Notes under the pieces: model-generated | What the model was told of the DNA's origin: nothing | What the model saw: the letters and a program-made list of their open reading frames with translations, nothing else | Database searches by the model: none | Shown here: positions 1 to 12,670 of the stretch, piece after piece | Layout of the letters: each line of letters starts with the position of its first letter | How positions within the stretch are numbered: the first letter of the stretch is position 1 | NCBI RefSeq assembly: GCF_963921235.1 | Contig: NC_086104.1 | Location: forward strand, 98,828,001-98,892,000 | Direction of reading: 5' to 3' | Source: Mobula hypostoma | Lineage: Eukaryota | DNA length: 64,000 bases | Position numbers and translations under genes: made by a program

Positions 1-2345
1 AGGCGATCAAATACGCAGGCGCACTGGTACCAGATGGTTCCCCGGATGTCGCGCATGCGCTCAGCGGACAAAGGGCTATGGGGAATCGGTCGCGGTTTGG
101 ATCGGGTCTCCGGGCGGGAGTTTCACCATCTCCGGTATCCGCACCCCGACTGAGGGGCAATTGCTCTGAGCTCCGAATATACCGTGGTCCGCACTCCGGG
201 ATAGTCCCGGTCTTTCCCGTCTCTCTCAGACCACGATCCGTACCCGGGTCGAGAGATTTCGGCTGAGGGAATGAGAGCGGACGGGTCTCTCAGACACTGC
301 CGAACTCCAGCCATCTAAATCCAGGGATTAGGAACTCGGGGAAAATAAGAACAAAATCCTTACTTCAGCTTTAGATCTTGGGAAAAAAAAAACTCACTTC
401 TGTTCTATCTCTATTTGTTCTGGAACTTTCTACCCGTGAGAAGATGTTTTGTACCGTCCTCTTTGGGTCCATAATGATATCAAACAACTGTGTCCTGGTA
501 ACAAGTAACCTGTAGAATTCACATCACTAAAGTGTCTCACTCCAATGTAAAAGACTACTGCCTCCCCTTCATATTGGCATTGCCATCGATGAGCTCACCA
601 TTATCAATCACTCTGTGTGGGATGGGGAGCGGTTGAAGAGGTGTCAGAGATCTTTGAAGCGCCTTGGGACATGACCAGGACTTGAAATAATACCGGTATT
701 CCTTCTGATTTTTTAAAAAATAGTGCACAATCTGCGAAGGAAATTTGAACACTGTCTGAAAACTGTGCAGCATTTTAAGTTAACATATAAAAGAAAATTC
801 CAGCTGCACGAGTGCATTTCATCACTACAGCTACACAGCTTAGAGGGAACAGTGAATAATACAAATGAAGGTAGTCAAACTGAGCCAAATCACAGATGGA
901 AGACGGGCAGATATACCGTGTCAGAGGATTTGATTGTCAGTCCAGATGCCTGTACCCTGAACAGTTTGAGGATGATTTCTTCTGCCAACTTCGGTTGAAA
1001 CTTACAGTGTGATGTCAGAGCTCACCATACAGACTAAAGTTATCTCATCTGAAATGCTGTCCTTCACCCATTGATGTCTTTTAAAAATATTTTTACAGGT
1101 TAGAAACGGCAAAGAATTTGTGTCTGGGAATCCAAAACACAACTACACATCAGTGTTGCTGTCTGTGTCCAGATATTTGAGTGACCAGATATTTCCTTTG
1201 TAACACTGATATGTCTGTTGTTGATCCTTGGAGATGAAGAAGTATCTCATCCCAGCTGGCAACGTGCTTTGTGTCTGAAATGGAGGTTTCTGTTGTACCT
1301 CAGTGAAATATGCTGGAACTGGGCTGCTAAGAACACACCAGAATTTGTTCAGTAGAAAGCAAGTCTTCAACTGCATTGATTGTGGAGGGATTCACTATGT
1401 CTGACATCTGACTTGATACATTAAAAGAAAATTGATAGAAAATTGTGGGAAAAGATTCACTCACTCATCCCACCTGCAGACACACCAGCGAGTTCACATT
1501 GAGGAAAGGCCATTGACTTGCTCAGACTGTGGGAAGGGATTTACTCAGTCATCTGACCTTGTGACGCACTACATTCACACCACTCAGTTCACATTGGGGA
1601 GAGACCATTCACCTGCTCAGACTGTGGGAAGGGATTCACTTGGTCATCCCACCTACAGATACACCAGTCAGTTCACAGTGGGGAAAGGCCATTCACATGC
1701 TCAGACTGTGGTAAGGAATTCGCTCAGTCATTTCGACTGAAGTTACATCAGTGAGTTCACAGTGGGGAGAGGCCATTCATCTGCTCAGACTTGGAAAGGG
1801 ATTCACTCAGTCACCCGTCCTTCTGATGCACTACGGAGTTCAAAACTGAGGATAAAGTTTAACTAAGTTGCATGCTGGGTATTTAACCATCACAGTTGCT
1901 GAATCCAGACGCAGGTTTCAAAGTGATTATTTATTTTTTGACATACAACATTGACTATGCCCTTCTGGCCCTTTGAGCCACACTGTCGAGTGATCTTCTG
2001 ATTTCAACCTAGCCTCATCACAGGACAACTTCCAATGACCAATTAGCCTACCAACTGGTACTTCTTCGAACTGTGGGGGGGAAACCAGAGCACTACAGGA
2101 AACCCAGGTGGCTATAGGGAGAACAGACAAACTCCTTACAGGCAGCAGAGGGAATTGAACACAGGTCACCTGCACTGTAAAGTGTTGTGCTAACCACGAT
2201 GCTACTGTGCTATGAATTCTGCAATTATTGCTGCTGCTCATCACACTCTGATCATTGGGCACGGAAGGAGTTTCTTCTGATGTGCATATTAATAGGACTG
2301 GAGTTTAATGTTCTGAATCTGTGACGAATAAATCAGTTCTATTTA
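1..2345 (+). pseudogene. Decayed paralog of the C2H2 zinc-finger gene at 57960-61860
   Basis: Colinear similarity to the intact copy: CpG-rich head with GCGCATGCGC (51-60), acceptor ttttacag|gttagaaacggc (~1098 vs 59405), about 5 frameshifted fingers at ~1440-1860 ([18 protein letters not shown]), same 3' UTR and AATAAA (2327-2332). The putative donor ccag|GT is ccag|CC here (311). Confidence 0.85.
1935..2211 (-). mobile_element. tRNA-derived SINE (HE1/V-SINE-like) inserted in the ZNF pseudogene 3' UTR
   Basis: Absent from the paralogous UTR at ~61700. Minus strand starts tRNA-like (gcacagtagcatcgtggttagcac...gtgttcaattcc) followed by a V-domain-like ctgtaaggagtttgt...gggtttcct. Confidence 0.65.
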
Positions 2346-2427
2346 AAACTCTATCCTAGGTGTCAAGTTAATGTACAACACACCTCATGTATAATAGGGA
2401 GTCAACTCAGCCCAGCTCAATCCTTCA

Positions 2428-2606
2428 CAAACATGAGAATATCTACAGATACTGGAAATCCAAGCAACACACACAAAATGCTGGAGGAATGCAACAGGCC
2501 AGGCAGCACCTGCTGAAGGGCGTCAGCCTGAAATTCTGAGCTGCACTCTTTTCCATAGATGCTTCCTGGACTGCTGAGTTCCTCCAGCATTTTGTATGTG
2601 TTGCCA
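2428..2606. repeat. Fold-back pair of the Penelope-terminal/SINE-like repeat
   Basis: gcaacacacacaaaatgctggaggaa ... ttcctccagcattttgtatgtgttgc form inverted arms around a degenerate hammerhead core. Confidence 0.7.
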
Positions 2607-2897
2607 CTTAGTCCTTTTCATTGTTTCTGTTCCAGGGCAGTCCTTTTAAGTTTATTTTTGCTGTTGACTTTTCACACTCCCTGTGGTGATGGGTTCCAAA
2701 TACTCACTACTCTGTGCATGAAGAGTTCCCCCTTGAATTTTATGCATGACTCTGCAGACTGAAGAAAAAGACAAACTGACTGTAGTTATGTTCTCGTTCA
2801 AAATCTCTGGACCGAGGAAAATTGAGGTTGATAGTTAAACTCTGTATTCGCTGCTCATTTAAACATTTTGGGTCATTTTTACTGCTTTTATATCTGG

Positions 2898-3260
2898 CTA
2901 GTCCTATCTGTAATAATGGATCAGTCATAATATAATTTGTAAGCTTCTGGCTGTAAAACTGGATCAGGTTCATATTTATAGTTAGGTATGGTGTCTTTTA
3001 TGAGTTTATATTTAAAGCAAGATTTTGGTGAATGATGATTGCCACTTGATTATACCTGTGTAAGTAATCAGATTGGGTGAAACTGCTGCAGAATCCTGTA
3101 ATATGTTGCATTGTTTCTAGTTTCTCTTGGCATTTTCTGAATTTATTGTCTGGAATTTGTTGGTATTTTATTATGTATTTTTGATAATTTTTTTGTGTTT
3201 CTAGGAAGAGGTCTCCCACTTGGAGCCAAACATTTGTTCCTTGTCAACCTCCAGTCTGCT
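2898..3260 (-). mobile_element. R4/Dong-clade (RLE) non-LTR retrotransposon 3' fragment
   Basis: Translations ETMQHITGFC..YLHRYNQVAIIIHQNLA and YKYEPDPVLQPEAYKLYYD*SIITDRT match the zinc-knuckle/RLE region typical of R4 elements. Confidence 0.7.
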
Positions 3261-3899
3261 CAAATCGTCTTCCATGGTGGGTCATGGTTTTCCATTGGTT
3301 AAATTTTTCTCCTGTACTGGTAGTTTATTTAAAGTTCAAGGTTCTATTAACAAGGATCACCCCAGCATAATAAACACTATTTGGGCATAGAGAGAATCTG
3401 TATTTACTGACGAGTACTTTTATTGGCTTAACTAACAAGCACATGAACCGTCAAAGAACGCGTAATATCTGGGACAGATAGGAGTCTATGGTGGCCAGGC
3501 ATTCCTCTTAGTCCTGATCCAGTCTCCACATGTCCAACATGGGCTCACTCATACCTAAATCTGTAATGGTTATTCTTCAGCATTGTCGCTGTCTTGCATT
3601 CAGTTTTATGCACTTTTCTTACCAGTTCAAATTGTACAGTTCAATCTCATTAGCTTGAGGGAATCTTACTGCTTGTGTCACCTTCTTATTGGCTCTCATC
3701 CAAACCAGCATCCAATTATTTCCCTCTTCCACAAGTGATAAGTGGCAATTTATGGCTCTTTGTTGTAATACAGTTACCAAATCAGTAACCAGCTTGAATC
3801 ACTCAGGGCAGACACTGACCCCACCATCCACAAACCTGCATGTAATATCATATGAAAGAATACTGCACAAGTAATTTCTTATTTGGAAATGATCTCTAG

Positions 3900-6400
3900 T
3901 ACAGCAGATTACCTGGAACATCACTGTGTCATACCTTAAAATACTGACTCAGCCAAGCAAAACCAGTTCACAAAATGGAAGGTACAGAGCAGCTTCACTA
4001 AATATTTCACTTGCCTTATCAGCAGGTGTCTTAATTACTTTTGTGTGTTTATTCCATTCATGGATTTTCTCCCTTGCCTTCTCTACAACTTGTGTCCAGT
4101 CTGCAGTCAAGTGAGGAATCAGTGGAAACTCGTTAACAATGTAGTCCCACAAATATTGATCCGTATCACTACGTTGGATGGTGAGATTCTCCTTTGATAC
4201 CGTGTCTACTGCTGGCTGAGGCAAAGTTGAACCTCCAATAATCAGATCTAAATTCATGCTCCTACTGGCAATGTTGTGACTTTCCAAAGGACACTGTTTT
4301 CATCACTTGGTATAACTCATGGCTGCTGTTGCTTTGGAATATGTGTGTCTCATCAATGCAGAAGGCAAAGAAAGACTCATTATTTACAGACAACATAGAA
4401 AATCAACAATTTTCGTAAGTACCTAAACCACAATTCATACAGCAAGTTGTCATTTCTACTAGGTTTTGGCCAGAAAGAGCAAAAATCAGCGTACAGGAAT
4501 GGAGGCAGCCGTTTTGTGAGACTGCCCTTCCAGACCAATTGAATGTGAACACAAGGAGTTTCAGCTAAGGTTCTGCGACCATTCTCAGAAAAGTAGCTGT
4601 GTATTATGTAAAGTGGCAGGCTTGCTGGAGGAGTCTCAGTGTTTGGGTCACCTGGTTTGATCACAATGAAGAGTTGAAAAGAACAAAATGCACAGAGCTG
4701 AGGGTAAAGACCATAAAACAGTACTGATTGCAGCCCTGGACCTGAGCCAATAAGAAGGAGAACAAGGTAGGTCAGGTCACCTCAAGCCAACAGGGTGGAT
4801 AAGCAACTTTTGAAGTAATACAAAGTGATTTGTAAAAGTTAGCAGCTTCAATTGCAAAGGAGAAAATCCTTCCAGAGACCAGTAATCGCAGATGTGGAGG
4901 ATCCCATGGACATGTGGAGACTGGAGTGGGATCACGAGGAACACCTGGCCAACATTGACTCCTTTACTGGATATTACTTTTTATATTCTTTGACTGCTCA
5001 TGGAGGGTCAAGGAAACTTTGTAGGTGTGCACATAGGTATTTGGTTGTGTAAATTCATGTGCATTTTAGTTGAGATAATAAAGGTACTTACATAAGAAAC
5101 AGGAGCAGGAGTAGGCCATCTGGCCCATCGAACTCGATTCACCATTCAATAAGATCACGGCTAATCTGGCCATGGACTCATCTCCACCTACCTGCCTTTT
5201 CCTTAGAACCCTTAATTCCCCTACTATGCAAAAATCTACTCAACCTTGTCTTAAATATGTTTACTTGTTGGTAAATACTGATTTTCTCAGTGCCTGTCTG
5301 ATCATTATTACTAAGGAGTACAGTAATCCATATAATGTGGGAAACCTCAGTGGTCTCGCCCTTGATAAATCTATCACTTTCCCAGTACTATTCATAACAA
5401 TAGCTTGTGCTGGTGGGTTACTTAAGGATATGCAAGTCTTCCCATGGTATTTGTCTACATTGTGAACCTTTTTCAAAGAGTAGGTTAAATTATTTCCATT
5501 CTTTTTAGTTGGTCTTTGATGTGCATTGTTGTAATAAATTTGTGTCAATCATGGCGAGCAACCAACTAGCATGTGCAGCACAGACGTCAGTTTTATACAT
5601 TTCCTTAAAAATCAGGTCAATGTGGTCAATAATCTGATTCATTGTATCTTGAATGAGCTTCAGAAATGTAAGTGTATCCAGAGTTACCTGGGATGCACCA
5701 CAAACCAATATGATTAGTTTGTATCTGATCTTGATTCTTTTCCCCAGTAATATCCTGCATTTTCTGCTGAAGGGACTGTATCTGATTTTCTAATTCTGCT
5801 AAATCTAAGGTATTGACCGTGGCTAGCCCGATGCATAACTTGCTCCCACTGATTTCAATAGGCCTCTCTCCCTTTTATTTTTGACTGGTTTAATCTCACT
5901 CCCGTGAGGTAGACTCCCAAGCAGATGAGTAAATAACTGTCTCATTGTAGGTGAGTACCATTATTTCAGTTAGATTAAAAATTACCTGCAAGTGCTGGTA
6001 TCCTGGTACCCAAATGAGAATTTCCCCACGTGTTCTAACATGAATCCTACCCCCTTTGTGTAACACTGGGTCTCACTACATTTGGGCTCTCATGTAGTTT
6101 TGAGGTTGTGGGGTGGTCAGTTTTCTCATAGTTTTGAAAACTCTTAAAGGTCTGAGGTCCTGACAGAAACTCTACCCATGTCCCTTAGTTCTCCTTTCCG
6201 GTCTCCTCTCCCCATGTACTAGATCCTCCTGTGAACAGTTTACAATGATGGAAGCAACCTTCCAGAAATGCTTGGTATGGCCATTCCAATCGATTTACCT
6301 CTTGTATCAGTCACTGCTCCACTCAATATTCACATAGGTATCATCCCTGAGAACTGTAATCTTACTGTGGCCCTCATCATCTGAAGGTTGTTCAATTAAA
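3900..6400 (-). pseudogene. Degenerate viral envelope (class I fusion)-like coding remnant, probably endogenous retrovirus env
   Basis: Manual minus-strand translation across frameshifts: GFMLEHVGKFSFG..QHLQVIFNLT..KNKRER|GLLKSVGASYASGLATVNTLDLAELENQIQSLQQKMQDI..LIQDTMNQIIDHIDLIFKEMYKTDVCAAHASWLL. This reads as a basic site, G/A-rich fusion peptide and heptad repeat. Interrupted by other repeats at ~4680-5260. Confidence 0.55.
5090..5260 (-). mobile_element. CR1 3' tail fragment
   Basis: acataagaaacaggagcaggagtaggccat is the reverse complement of the CR1 3' end seen at 45640-45690. Confidence 0.75.
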
Positions 6401-6639
6401 TGGAGCTGAAAACTGAAAAAATGATTACTTCATCTGGCTTGATAATGTCACCTCTAGAATTTTATTGCATAAGAACTGTAAGGTTTTGCATAACGTTTTA
6501 TCCACACATGTCAAACCATCTACCGGAGCATAATAGAAAACTGAGTCCTCTATTTCTCCCTTAGAATTGAAATGGGTAGCCACCGGGAGATCCCGCTTTG
6601 CCATTTTCAATGGGTGTGGGGTGCATTTGGTCTGTTCAC

Positions 6640-6740
6640 ATTGTCCAATTAAAAAGTTAGATGGAAACCTACCAATGAGAACTTATTCTACCCGATTCCT
6701 TATTAGCATAGGGCGGGGCATACTGTCTATTTAATCGGCA
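6640..6740 (+). promoter_or_regulatory. H2B promoter: CCAAT x2, octamer variant, GC box, TATA
   Basis: CCAAT 6645 and 6672; cttATTAGCATag (6702-6709; H2B-box consensus ATTTGCAT); GGGCGGGG 6711-6718; TATTTAA 6728-6734. Confidence 0.8.
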
Positions 6741-6787
6741 CTGCGAGGTGGCTCCGCTTATTTTCGACTCCGACATTGACTGAAGAG

Positions 6788-7156
6788 ATGCCTGAACCGA
6801 AAGCTTCCAAGAAGGGCGCGAAGAAAGCCGTGTCCAAAGCGCAAGCCAAGGGCGGCAAGAAACGCAGGAGAACCAGGCGAGAGACTTACTCCATTTACGT
6901 CTACAAGGTAATGAAACAAGTTCACCCCGACACCGGCATCTCCTCGAAGGCCATGAGCATTATGAATTCGTTCGTGAACGATATTTTCGAGCGCATTGCG
7001 GGCGAGGCTTCCCGCCTGGCTCATTATAACAAACGCTCGACCATCACTTCTCGGGAGATCCAGACCGCCGTGCGCCTGTTGCTGCCCGGGGAGCTGGCCA
7101 AGCACGCCGTGTCAGAAGGGACAAAGGCGGTGACCAAGTACACCAGCTCCAAGTGA
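6788..7156 (+). CDS. H2B: Histone H2B (122 aa, replication-dependent)
   Basis: MPEPKASKK...[23 protein letters not shown]...AVTKYTSSK; intronless; ATG at 6788 (the ORF track starts at an upstream TTG). Confidence 0.99.
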   Translation: MPEPKASKKGAKKAVSKAQAKGGKKRRRTRRETYSIYVYKVMKQVHPDTGISSKAMSIMNSFVNDIFERIAGEASRLAHYNKRSTITSREIQTAVRLLLPGELAKHAVSEGTKAVTKYTSSK

Positions 7157-7186
7157 AGCCGAAGAAAGTGTTGACATAAACCCAAC

Positions 7187-7226
7187 GGCTCTTTTAAGAG
7201 CCACTCACAATTTCCAGGGAAGAGAT
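7187..7226 (+). promoter_or_regulatory. Histone 3' stem-loop and purine-rich HDE (H2B)
   Basis: GGCTCTTTTAAGAGCC 7187-7202, then gggaagagat about 15 nt downstream. Confidence 0.97.
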
Positions 7227-7999
7227 TTACTAATGTTCGACATTGGATCGCAACAAGCTTGTCTGAAAAGTTCTAAATAAAGGTAATTTTATTTGTTAAT
7301 GTTGAGTAAACTTTCCATCACTCCTCACAATCCTTGTCGCGTCCCCGTTTCACTGCACTAACACCGACATTTTGCCCTCTTGTCAATTTGTTGCGATTTT
7401 CTCCCACTCACAAAGCTTTGTACAAGAAAGGATTGAGGTGACGATGTTTTTGTTGTCGATGTGATTTAATTGCTGTGAATGCGATGCATTAATGGGAGTA
7501 CCCCTGTGTTGGAAAAACGCTGAATCCTCAAGATCACAACAGGTTCACTCGGGTTCCTTTCACACTACAGTCCAACAGTCATTGCTACGACTGTAGATTT
7601 TAGGTGGTGACCCGTCTACAATCTGATGCGTTCTACATGGCCGCTATTGCATCCTGTGAAGTCAGAGTTTGTACTAATCGGTTACCAAACGAATGAAAGT
7701 GCAGATTAAAATCAAATAATCTCCTACGTGAGATTTTGCACCTTGTCTTTATTTTAAATGAGTGGGGACGCTGTGATGGTGAATCCTGTTCATGCATCTG
7801 CATGTTTTTAGATTAAAGGATGAAAATATAATCTTGGCGCGCTTTTCATAAAATGGGGACTAAGATTAGTTTGGACTATCTTTGTTTCCTGATCGCCCGC
7901 TGATTTCACCGCTCTGCGTTGCTCCACGAAGTTCATGGACGAGCGCGAGATTATCTACTGATTATTAGTAAAATATCCGATACAGGAGAACGAAAGGTC

Positions 8000-8230
8000 T
8001 TGCAAACCACTACACGGAGAATGAGGAATTCCTCTCGTGATCCCCCCTCTTTATAGCTTCTGGAGGATTGCGAAAGGACACTTACGATTGGTGGTTCCGC
8101 GCCTTCTCTGAATAGTAATATAAAATTACCCAATCAGCAAACTGTCCAATTCTCCAATGATCAGACGGCGCCAGAGAAGCGCGGAAAATAACTGTCTCTC
8201 CCCACCCGAAATTTGAAAAGCCCGCCAAAG
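8000..8230 (-). promoter_or_regulatory. Orphan H2A promoter/5' UTR with no H2A coding sequence
   Basis: Aligns with 41873-42090 (gcaaac..gagaatgaggaa..ttatagc.tctggaggattgcg.aaggacacttacgattggtggt..ttctccaatgatcagac..gaagcgcg.aaaataactgtc..gaaatttgaaaa), but no H2A codons follow. Confidence 0.9.
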
Positions 8231-8779
8231 AAAAAAAATAAATTAATCAGTAGTCTAAAGCCTAAATCAATTACAAATCTGTATGATCTCGGATTTCCTG
8301 CATAGCTAGTTATTTGATCTCAGCCCACTTCTGTCCATACAGAATGTGAATTAACTACCATGACTGACTCTAGGAATTTGTGGTTCTTTGTGAAAACACA
8401 TCAGATTATGGAAAGGTCTCTCTTCTCAAACTGAGGATGGAGTACAGAACATTATGAACAGGTCGCTCTTTTCAAATTGTGGCTGGAGTCACAGAAACAG
8501 GAGGTTGGGTGGTCTCTGCGGAAGACAGAAAGGGATGAGGATCAGAAGATGTGGCTGGTAGTGGTGTCCCACTGCAGCTGAAGCGGTGACAATTCCTCAA
8601 CCCCCACAGATGCTGCTCAACCCGCCGTTCCTCCAGCAGATTGTTCAGTGCACCAGATTCCAGCATCGGCAGTTTCTGCAGTCTCAAGTTTCCTTTCTCA
8701 AGTGGGTACTAGTAAACTCAATAAGTGGATGTGGGGTATCAATGCTTTCAGATGGCTTTCTATGACATACATTGAGTCA

Positions 8780-9185
8780 AAGAGCATGGAAACAGGGCCT
8801 TCACCAACATGTCCATTCTGTGTTTCCAGTAAGCTTGTCCCACCTGTTCCTGTTTAGCCCATAGCCTCAAAATGTTTCCTTGCCATCTATTTATCTAGAT
8901 GATTTTTAAATATTGCTCATGTCCCTGCCTCAACTACCATTTCTGCCAGCTCATTCCAAATACAATCCACCTTTTGTGTGAAGAAGCTGTCTCTGATCTG
9001 CCATATAAATCTCACACTTCTGATCTGAAACTAATGCTGTCTTGTTATTAATACCCCTTCCCTGGGAATGCACTTTTACCCTCTGTATGCCCCTCATGAC
9101 CTTGAATACATCAATCAGTTCACTCCCAAATCTCCTATGTTCCAGGGAATAAAGTACAAGTCTACAAAACCTCTCCTTGCAAGGA
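8780..9185 (-). mobile_element. CR1 3' fragment
   Basis: LYSLEHRRFGSELIDVFKVMRG resembles the CR1 ORF2 C-terminus (LYSLEFRRLRGDLIETYKIL at 45091-45480). Confidence 0.75.
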
Positions 9186-10490
9186 TGCACTTGCCACACC
9201 ACTGGTATGGCCACAGCTGGAGAACCGTGTCCATCTTTGATAAAGATGGAACAGCTTTAGAGAGATTTGACTGAACTGGTCACAGCAGTAAGGGATCTAA
9301 TCACCGCACCAACTGAAACACATTGCCTTTCTCCTTGGTGAATACAGCTGAGAACTATTCATTTCACGCCCTGCCCACCTCTTCTAGCCCCATACACAGG
9401 TTGTCACTTTGCTCCACAACAGACCCCACTCTCTCCTTAGTTACTCTCTTGACCTTCATACACTTACAGCACTCGTTATTTATCACAGCAACCACCCAAA
9501 TGCACATGAAATGAACCGTCCCAAAACTTTGTTCCAAGGAGCGGAGACAACCTGCAGCATGGCGTAACTGAAGACTCAAGAGGAGACACATCTCTTTAAA
9601 GGATTCGTATGAAACAGATACACACTGAACTTAATACGAAGATGTCTACGAGGTTGACAATGCTCCAGCCAAGAAGTGACCAAATGGTTTGACCTTCCAT
9701 ACATTTGCTATATCTCAGAAATGATGGGCCAACTGCTCTAAGAACATAGAATTCCAGTCGTGCATAAGCCAACAGCAATGTTAAGGAGAGTACTTTGCAG
9801 ACCAAATGAATGAGCTAGGCTATTATACAAGGCAATATGGTCTACAAAATCCAACTCGGGAACTGCAGCAAATATTATGGCCACCATACTGGGAGAAAAT
9901 TAACTGCACAGCTCCATGAACATCAACTGGCTGACCGTCTCTACCCATGAAGAACAAAAAGGGCACAAATTCGACTGGGCATCAGTGAACATCATGGTGC
10001 AAGTAAAGACATGGCATGCAAGAGAATTCCTAGAAGCATGGTAAACAAACCTGTAGACCTCAATCCTATTTATGAGCCAATGCAGGCAAAATGCCAGACC
10101 ACAATGCACGGAATTTGTCAAACAACCAATTGGCAACCAGGTTTCCTCTCCATAGCTCAAGTAAGTTTCTGAAATGATAACTGACCAGCTGACTGATGAG
10201 TATATAAAGACCAGGCATTCAGATGACACACCACATTTTACAGCTCACTAACGATGTCCCCTTGTATGGTGAAAAGTTTGTAAGTAAATTGCCAATATCG
10301 GAGAACAACCCAACCCAATTCATCAATGTTTATATTATTAACATTTATTGAGCACTCCCTTAATCTTGGTTGCCACTGATAATTTGTGACTTGTCTTTGC
10401 CCTTTGAATTTCTCTACCCATGAAGGAGAGGGGCACAAATTTGACTGGGCATTTGCCAAAGTCATGGCGCAAGCAAACACGTGGCAGGTA
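9185..10490 (+). mobile_element. Penelope-like element fragment (RT C-terminus and GIY-YIG endonuclease)
   Basis: Decayed VYKIQ..CSKYY..TGRKL...HEHQL and GHKFDWA motifs at 9838-10050, partly duplicated at ~10410-10490; degenerate hammerhead-like core at ~10247-10280. Confidence 0.65.
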
Positions 10491-10556
10491 AACTCTGCAA
10501 ATCTCTACACTGCTGAAGGGTCTCCCTATTCTTCAATGCTCTTTCCCTGTTGCATC

Positions 10557-11376
10557 TGTTACGTACCCCGTAACTGGGTTGCCAAACCAGCAGAAATGGA
10601 CCACTTAGCTGGAGTCTGGATTACTGGAACTAAGAAAGTTTTATTAAAGAAATAAGTAACACAGTACTCTAAACGTAAGGATATAAATGCAACGGGTTAG
10701 CAATGATAAAACACACATGTACACAGAACTAGGATAATAGGATCAATCAAGCTCTATCGCAGCCTAGGGGTAAAATGATCAGTCTCAAGTGACACAGAGT
10801 TCAGTTTAGTTCAGTTCACAGTAATCGCTGTTGTGCCATTGGGGGGAGAGAGAGAGAGAGTGAATGATGATATTCAAATCGGATTCAACACCTTTGATAT
10901 TCCTTGCAGTTAGCTTTTGGGCGAGCCCGTTGTAATGTCTTCTGAGGTCACCGACTGTGACCCCTCCATTCCGGATACAATCGTTCTTCTGCGGTGAACC
11001 CGGCACCCAGGCAAGGGCGGACACACACAGCAGGTTCCCGCTGATCGTACCTTTTCACCCTGTGCGTCTATGGTCGGTCCTCATCAAAACTCCCACCAAC
11101 TTGTGGGGGGGCACCGCACTTCCAGGGTCTCGTTACCTCGTCGTGTCATGGTGTGTCTGTTGCCTTAGCGAACCTGTGCCCTTTATCCCCCTGCTGGGGT
11201 ATCGCCTGTCCATCAAACTTCAAACAGTTCAAGTTCAAAGCAACCCGGTCTCTGACAATACTCGGAACTGTGTCTCCTTTCGTTAATCTCTCTCGTCTCC
11301 CATTAACATTTCTGAATGTTCCCCCATTGTCTTTCTTATCGGCCTCAATCTTCTGATAACTTGGTATTTTGTCACA
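10557..11376 (-). mobile_element. Solo LTR of the Gypsy family at 21461-26286 (different subfamily)
   Basis: TGTTAC...GTCACA termini, 820 bp, 4-bp TSD CATC (10553-10556 / 11377-11380); starts with the same tgttacgtaccccgtaactgggttgccaaacc as the paired LTRs. Confidence 0.93.
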
Positions 11377-12129
11377 CATCATCATTATCATTATGTGCTG
11401 TTTCGTATGATGTTGGTGATCATGGTCTTCCATCTCTTTAATCTGAATATATTCTTATTCTTTTCTCTATCCATGATCATGATTGTTCTTGGCAAATTTT
11501 TTCACAGAAGTGGGTTTGCGATTGACTTCTTTTGAGTTGTAACTTTACAAGACAGTAACCCTAGCAATTATCAATACTTTTCAGAGGCTGTCTACCTGGC
11601 ATCAGTGATGTGCACCAGCTGCTCATATGACCATCTACCACCTGTGCCCATGGCTTCATGTGACCCTGATTGGGGTGATAAGCAGGTGTAACCTTGCTCA
11701 AGGGGGATCTGAGATGAGTGGAGAGAAGGAACGTCTTGCATTCCTTCCCATCGCCCATTATCTACCACATGCTTCTTATTATTTCAGTGGCACCTCAACA
11801 CCACTTCACATCCAGGAACCCCTGAATCTGCCAAAATTGCTCTTCACGCTCCCAAAAATACAATTTAAAAAAAACTGAGGTGCAAGGGGACTGGGAGTCC
11901 TTGTGCAGGATATCCTAAAGGTCAACTTGTAGGTTGAGTCTATGTTAAGGAAGGCAAATACAATCAATGTTAGCATTTTATTTGAGAGGACGAGAATATA
12001 ACAGCAAGGATGTAATGCAAAGGCTTTGAGTCAGTGGTACTATGAACACTCATGGTCCTCTTATTTCAGAAAAGATGTGCTGGCATTGGAGGGGGTCCAG
12101 TGGAATGATTCCGGTAATGAAAGGTGGGG

Positions 12130-12670
12130 ACCAACACCCCTCTTGTGAGGAGGCTCATGGAGGCCTGCAAGGAGAAGGCTGGAGAGAGCTTTCTGGGAAC
12201 ATTGTCCATGCACCCGGTGTTTCGAGCTGCTTTTGAGGAAGTGTGCGGCTGCATTGGGCCGGATACCAAATTTAAACGAGGGACTGCGTGGCTCACCTAG
12301 TCGAAGCCACTGGTGATCCGGCCTGGGGAAGTAGGAAGAGTGATGGGAACCTCCAGATTTCCCGGTGTGCCTGAGAGCAAGGCCCCCTTAGTGGACGCTC
12401 CAGAAGACCTCGAGGGGGAGTTGGGATTTCCTGCTGAGATACTGGTGAGGCCCAAATTGCAGAAACCCTCGGTTGTACAGGCAAGCAGGATGGCAGTGGT
12501 TGTCAGGAACACTACAAAGAGGGAGGTCACTTTCAGGTGGGGGATGCCCCTGGCGCATCTGTTCCTGGTGACAGATATGTCTAGTGTCCCTATGAGACAA
12601 GCCAGGGAGAAACTATTGGAAAAAGGAGGAAAGTTGACCTCTGATTCATTCAACTTCAGGGATTCCCTGG
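12130..12670 (+). mobile_element. Gypsy pol fragment (protease-RT linker region)
   Basis: IRPGEVGRVMG...MAVVVRNTTKREVTFRWGMPLAHLF...FNFRDS resembles the fish Gypsy pre-RT segment. Confidence 0.55.
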
